Translations under genes and position numbers: made by a program
Shown: positions 54,553-64,000 of the stretch, piece after piece
How positions within the stretch are numbered: the first letter of the stretch is position 1
Layout of the letters: the number at the start of each line of letters is the position of its first letter
Assembly (NCBI GenBank): GCA_013265495.1
Contig: MU058198.1
Coordinates: 7,021,779 to 7,085,778, forward strand
From: Vicugna vicugna
Taxonomy: Eukaryota
Reading direction: 5' to 3'
Length of the DNA stretch: 64,000 nucleotides
The notes under the pieces: generated by a model
The model's database searches: none
Told to the model about the DNA's origin: nothing
The model's input: only the letters and a program-made list of their open reading frames with translations

Positions 54553-56343
54553 TCCCTTTTAATTTTTTGGGTACCTATCATCCAGAAGACATTGTTCTGG
54601 GCGTCTGTCCCTAATAGCTACACTTAATATCTGAGCTTTCTCTGCTGTCTGGCATCAGCTTTCTTTTTAAAAAACTATTGAGTCTACCATATGCCAGATC
54701 CTTTGCTGGGGATTCTTTGCAGATATTACTCATTTTATCCTTACAGTAGCTTAGCCAAGAAGCCCTTGTGTCCTGGAGAGCTGAAATTTATCAGGTGTGT
54801 ATTGAGCCTCAACTCTTGTGCTAAGACCAGGGGATTCGGTGGGAAGGAGGCCACGGAGGCCACCGCTTTCCAGCCCTCTTATAGGTCACAGGCCAGCCAG
54901 CTGGGATATGGTAATACAGTTAGGGAGGTGCTCGTTGGGGGATGGGAGTAGACTGTGCTGTAGCATTTGGGTATCTCAAGTAGAAAGCTGATAGTAATTG
55001 GGGCAGAAAGGGTTAATGCAGAGGAGAGGATTGATTCTCAGCTGAGGGAGCTGGGAGGCCGGGAGCTGGACAGTTGCTAAACAGAAATGGAAGCCGATCG
55101 ATTGATGTGGCTGGAACACCGAGTGCTGGGGGTTGGGGGCTGGAGAGCTGATGAGAGATGGGGTGGAAGCCAGCGGCAGCTGCAGGAACCCAGGAGGGCA
55201 TTTGGACTTCACCCTGAGGGCCACGTGGAGGCGCTGAAGGAATCTTTCAAAATAACAAGTAAATTATTCACATGTAAAAATAGTAAATTACACACATTAC
55301 AAAAGGATGATGCAGTCTCATGCCACTTTGAACTCCTAGTTCTCCCCAGAGGCAACCACTGCTGCTTGTAGCTTATGTGTCTGTAAATTCTGCACTGTTG
55401 TATTCCATATTTTAAAATTTGTTTTGTGGATTTGCTGATCTGCTAACACAGGCTACAGCTGTTCCAAGAGCCTTTTGCATGCAGTTACCTCATTTTACCT
55501 TGCGTCTACACTATGCTGTGTGCTAAACAATAGAGCAAGCCTCTTATTGTGCCCATTTTCTGGAAAGGAAGTCAAAGTCCCAAAAGGATCCCAACTTGGC
55601 TGGCTTGGCTCTAGTTACGTCACCCTTAACATTTACCACACGTACCTGTTCACATCAGCAATCTTCTTAATGGTGGCCCAGAATTTCGCTATTTGTTTAA
55701 GTGGATCCTGCCACCACAAACAATGTCTCAGTAAATAAGCTGGGCCCTTTATCTGGGGGCACTTGTAGGATGAACATTGAAGGATTTTAAGCGGGGTGGT
55801 GGCAGGGACAGGTTTGGAATTGAGGAAGATTGTGGTTCACCAGCTGAGCTGCCGCTCCAGCTACAGACCTTCCCCTGCCTCCCAGGCAGGTGGGAGGCTG
55901 AGCTGTGGTCCCTCACCCTCAGTCCATCATCCTTCATCCTTAGTGATACAGCTCTCCCCTCCAGCAGGATGAGTCCTCTGAGCACTCACTAAGGCCTCAC
56001 AGCCCTGACTGCCTCATTGGCTGTTCGGCCCTAAACATTTGCCAAGACATCAGGAGTCTCTGTTTATGTAAATCCAGCAAACTGGGATCTAAAGAAGAGG
56101 GAGAGGTGGGCAGGTGAGCATAAGTATCTTTGACTTGAGTAGAATGAGGGATCAGCATGGAATGCCCTGTGTCCCCTCCCCTGCTGGGGCTGGGGGGTTA
56201 GCCAGGTGCCTTTGGTCTCACGTCCAGTGGCTGGAGGAAGCCCAGGAGGAACCTGCAGGGTGGCTCTGTGTCCTGGAGGAGGAGGATGGGAAATGTCTAG
56301 GCTGAATTTGATCTAAGGAACATCGTGGAGTCACATTATATGT

Positions 56344-56689
56344 TGCTACTGTCAAATGTTTGTGTGTCCAAAGAATTCATATGTTGAGACCCAGTGCCTG
56401 ATGTGACAGTGTCTGGAGGTGGGGCCTTTAGGAGGGGATAAGGTCGTGAGCCCTCATGAATGGGATTAGCATCCTTTTAAAAGGTCCAAGAGAGCTCTCT
56501 CTCCCCTTCCACTAAGTGCGGAGGACGTGGCGAGAGGTTGCTGGCTCTGAACCAGGAAGAGGGTTCTCACCAGCACTTGACCTTGGTTCCTTGATCTTGG
56601 ACTTCCAGCCTCTGGAACTATGAGAAAGAAATTTCTGTTGTTTACAAGTCTGTGCTATTTTGTTATAGCAGTTCGAATGGACTAAGACA
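56344..56689 (+). mobile_element. Solo MaLR LTR (MLT1A-like)
   Basis: TG...CA ends; GGAGGTGGGGCCTTTAGGAGG, CCCTCATGAATGGGATTAG, GACTTCCAGCCTCTGGAACT, TTTGTTATAGCAG...GACTAAGACA. Confidence 0.85.
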
Positions 56690-56859
56690 TGCACAGTAGC
56701 AACTTCCTGGAATTCAACTACCTGCTTTCAGATGAATGAATAACCACCACGCAGGGCACTCTGTGTGCTCCCTCCACTCTGCGGGCTCTGCAGGGATGGG
56801 CACCATGAATACGCTCTTCCCTCAGGTGGTCTTGAGTCTCCTCCCACCTCTCATTACTG

Positions 56860-57260
56860 TGATTGAAGATATCCCTAACAGCTATAAAAAACCTCAAACA
56901 AGATGGGTTATTTTTAACTCATGCTAACTCCTAATCAGGAGCACCTGACTGGGAGGTAGCTCTCCTGAAGCAGAGATCTGGGGACTCAGGCTCCTTCTGA
57001 CTTATGGTTCCATCATTTTCAACACACAGGACTTCCAAGAACACCCTGCTTGCTTTCATCTCATGCAAGTAGAGGAGGTGCACCTGGAGGATTGCACGAG
57101 GCTACTTTTATGGGAAGGCCGGGAATTAGCATGTTACTTCCACTCCCCTTCCACTGGCTACAACTCAGTCACGTGGCCACATCTATATGCAAGGGACGTT
57201 GGGAAAGAGAGATTAGTTGTGGGCCGAGGAGGAAGAGAAAATGGATTTGGTAGACAGCGT
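56860..57260 (-). mobile_element. Old MaLR LTR fragment (MLT1J/K/L-like)
   Basis: CCACTGGCTACAACTCAGTCACGTGGCCACATCTATATGCAAGGGA motif typical of these families. Confidence 0.55.
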
Positions 57261-59860
57261 CTTACCATGCTGAGGGTGATTTTGCTGTTTAAACAGATTT
57301 TTCTTATACAAAGGGTACTTAAATCAATTAGTTTATCTGGTATTCAACCAAAGAAAGGCCATTTGCTCCAGTGCCGGAGGAATACAGGCTGTGTTGATTT
57401 TCATCAGAGATCACGCTATTTAACGGGCAGTTTAAGGGAACTTCAAGAATAAATTTGGTACCAAATGACTGACTTAGAATATAGCTCTGGCGTGAGCTGG
57501 AACTCCACTAAATTTCCAGCAAGGCCTTTTCTACCAGAGGTATATCTTATCTCTCCACCTATCCAATCAGTGCTGGGGAGACAGTGAAAACCTGTCTTCA
57601 TGCATGCAGTTTAAAGGGCAGCTTCTCCTATTACCTTACTGGATTTCACAACCTTGTCAGGTACATGTAGTCAGTATAGGCTAAATTATGCTGTGGTAAC
57701 AACCCCAATCTGTTACTTAATACAGCAAACTTTTCTCACTCCTATTGCCTGCTTTATGCCATTTTTCTCTCTAGGATCCAGGCCAATATGTGGAATATTT
57801 CTGGTTAACACAGAAAAGGAAAGAGGATGGTCACTTCCCCTTGCATTTCATTAGCGAGAACAAGTCATATGGCCAAACCCAATGGTCACTGGAAATCTAT
57901 GTGGAGACATCAAGTCCTTAATTGGAAATGAATTAGAGCTCAGGGGTGAGATCGGGGGTGGAGAAATGGATTTTGAATCTAAAGCGATGAGACTGGCCAA
58001 GAATGTAGCTGAGTAGGAGAACAAGGCTCAGAGTGACACGATTTAGCAGCTGAGCACAGGAAGAGCTGGCTAAGGAAACTGAGGCATGGCCAGTGAGGTG
58101 GAAAGAAAAGTGCAGGCAACGTCACGGGAGCCTGTTGTGGAGGAGGGGTAGCCACTGTGCCCAATGATGGGAGAGGCTGAACGAGAGAAACTAAGTGCTG
58201 GGTTTAGCAACAGGGACATCACTGGTGATGCCAAATAGAGTGGTTTCCATGAAGCAAGGGGTGGAGACAGAATCTAATTGGAGTGGTCTGAGGAGATAGT
58301 AAGAGGTGAGGAATGGAAACAGACATTTGGCTGTGAAAGGGAAGATGTGGCAGCTGGAGGGAATGGAGGGCTAAGGAGAGCTGGTTCTACATGGGAGGGG
58401 GTAGAGCGTGTTTACGTACTGGTGACACTGACCCAGGAGATGGGACGAAATGGATAGTGCAGGAGAGAGAGGTGATGGATGTAGGAGTGGACGAGAGGAC
58501 CTGGGAGGAGGGGGAGAGCTGGGCTCAGTGGGAAACAGGAGATAGGACAGAGTCCAGATGGGGTAGTTTGATAGATTCGATGCTGGAAAGGGCCTTCCTG
58601 GCCAACATGCTTCTATTTTCTCAAAGAGGTGAGAGAAAGTGGGCAGGGGTGTGGGAGGCTGAGAGCAGAGGAGGTGTGAACAGTTGTTCTAAAGGGGATC
58701 TCGCACAAGCTAGATGAGTGGAGTCAGAGGCCCTTCGGTCTTTCTTGAAGTCTGTTGCCATGAGTTTCAAACGAGATCAGTCAGTATGTGGGGTGTTCTT
58801 CCTCCAGGAACACACAGCTGATCAGGGCGGGTGGAGGGGGCGGTAGTCATTTTAAGTAGGGATGGGGCTTTTTCCACTGAGTATCATGGGGGAGGGGGAG
58901 GCAGGGGAGGGAAGGAGATTCTGAGTAGATTACATGACAGATGACAAATCTAAGCTGGGCAAGATTGAAGTGAAAGGGGGCGGGGGCAGGGGCTCAACGT
59001 TGAGAAAGTAGTTGAGGTAAAGGTCAGACTGATGCCTTGAGCTGGAGAAATGGTTGTCGAAAGGCGAGGATGAAGCAGCCAGAGATGAAGTTTCAGATGT
59101 GGTGTGGTTATTAGTAATGGCAAGGTCAACGGATGGCAAGGGAGCCAGGCCCGAGACAGGAGGGAACTCACCCTCTATGGACAACTTTACCTGCTGTCAC
59201 TTATCCTGAGGCTCTGGCTACAAACAGCATGAACAGCGCACTCAGCACGTGCCAGGTACCAGATGAAGAGATTTAGGTTAGTTACGTCTCCTAAGGGAAG
59301 GTGTAGGAGGGTTTATAGGAAGCAGGGGGGGATGAACTGACTCACGTGCCTATTCCATCAACATTGAGATGGCACAAGTACGGTGGGCTAAACAGACACC
59401 CCCCCGCCTCAACCAGCCCAGACTTGGGTGGAGCCATTGGTCACAAATGCAGCTCAACTTGGAAGGAGATAAAAGATAATGGGGTCAGTCCCCAATAGGG
59501 GAAACGGAATAAGACCCTAAAAAAGCTATCAACCCTACTTAAGAGGGGAATTGCTGGCCCATTTCACAAAGAAAAGATCAGGGAGGCTAAGTTCTTCTCT
59601 CCCCATCCCAGGATCTTTTGGCTTCCTCAGCAGAGGCCAGACACCCCTGGGAGCCTCCACTTATGTACCCAGACTGATTGTACTGAGATCCTCCTCCCAA
59701 GAGAGTAAGCGCTCAATGGTTGTGGGGGAGCATGAGAAGGGCCCCCCACCCCATGCTCAGAAGAGTCCATACTTGAAGCTCAGGGACGTGCTCCAGTATC
59801 CCCCTCCTGACTCTGACTCCCCCATCTGAGAAGGGACACGTGCACAGGTGTGTGGTTGGG

Positions 59861-59874
59861 CCAGCAGGTGGCGC
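59861..59874 (+). promoter_or_regulatory. CTCF consensus site
   Basis: CCAGCAGGTGGCGC fits the CTCF core CCASYAGRKGGCRS. Confidence 0.6.
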
Positions 59875-60321
59875 AAGAGAAAGAGCCTCCCACGTGCTGG
59901 AGGTGGGGAAGCTGGGAATGGATACACCCGCATCCAGAAGGTTAAGGCTCAAGAACTCCCTGGCCACACTGGACTCCTGGAGATATTGTCAGTGAGAAGA
60001 GATGTTGCTAGCACAGGAGCCATCCCAGAGGGGTACAGGCTCCATCCTCTCACCCGTGGCATCATCTCCCCCCGCTGCTGTCTAGGAAAGCTGACTGCCA
60101 AAAGGATCACCTGACTGCTGTGTAAGACTTGGGGCCACATTCCCATCAGCATGACTCTGGGTTAGTCTTCTCCCTGCCTCAGTTTACTCTCCACTTTACA
60201 GATGAGGGTAGCCTGTGGTAACTATCAAGATTTTAGGGGTATCTCCCCCACCCCCATTAAGCTCCCTTGTGATACAGACTTAAGGCAACAAAAGAAGGTT
60301 TAAATGCCCAGAAGTGTCAGT

Positions 60322-60327
60322 TTTATT
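60322..60327 (-). terminator. MVP poly(A) signal AATAAA
   Basis: Lies 18 nt after the stop codon on the minus strand. Confidence 0.8.
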
Positions 60328-60345
60328 TGTCAGTGAGGTACGGAG

Positions 60346-63560
<3,215 letters not shown>

Positions 63561-63639
63561 CTGGGAACAAAGACATCTCATCTTCAAAAAGGACACTAAA
63601 ACCCATTCTCCGTGGTTGGGCTGGGTCTTATGACAGAGA

Positions 63640-63880
63640 GTGCTGATTGGTATCTGCTATTTCAGGTGAAGTCCTGAGAAACTTACATGCTCCCATTTAA
63701 TTCGCACAGCCACCCCATGAGGTGAGAATGAGCATTATCCCCATTTTACAGATAAGGAAATAGAGGTCCAACAAGGTTGACTGACAGGTCTGAAGTCACA
63801 CAACAGGTGCCAAGCCAGAAAGCTGGACCCAGGCAGTGCGCCTCCAGGGTCTGTGCCCTCGGGAATCATGCTGCAATACC
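63640..63880 (-). mobile_element. MIR SINE in MVP intron
   Basis: ATTATCCCCATTTTACAGATAAGGAAATAGAGGTCC...AAGTCACACAAC. Confidence 0.75.
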
Positions 63881-64000
63881 CCTAAAGATGTCAGTGCCCA
63901 AGCTGCCTTTGTCATGGTCCTGGCCACTCAGCCACCAGGTGAGGAACACGTGCTTGGGAGCTGTCAAGCATTGCTTCTGCATCTGACTTCTCTCCCCTAA

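Overview
Mammalian genomic DNA, probably camelid (tRNA-derived SINEs and an L1 3' end that I recognise as alpaca/camel type; not confirmed by search). It is syntenic with the human 16p11.2 core. Gene order: an AT-rich, L1/Tigger-dense block (1 to ~8.4 kb), KCTD13 (+, 6 exons, 329 aa), ASPHD1 (-, 3 exons, 353 aa), SEZ6L2 (+, 18 coding exons, 923 aa), CDIPT (+, 6 exons, 213 aa) and the last five exons of MVP (-). All exon chains were traced by hand through GT-AG junctions and close in frame. Main discovery: an intact, phase-consistent 5-exon ORF of 119 aa on the minus strand between SEZ6L2 and CDIPT, where human carries the CDIPTOSP/CDIPT-AS1 pseudogene/lncRNA, with RFX-like boxes upstream. Other highlights: a copy of CDIPT exon 1 plus intron 1 inside CDIPT intron 4 with ATG and donor intact; a 17-bp tandem duplication of the SEZ6L2 exon 8 donor; loss of the two upstream ASPHD1 start codons; overlapping KCTD13/ASPHD1 poly(A) signals; a split RE1 site in the ASPHD1/SEZ6L2 promoter; two hidden degenerate tandem arrays in SEZ6L2 introns; and a sense-oriented two-LTR MaLR element in KCTD13 intron 2. 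Repeat family names and comparisons with human proteins come from recall, not from database searches.
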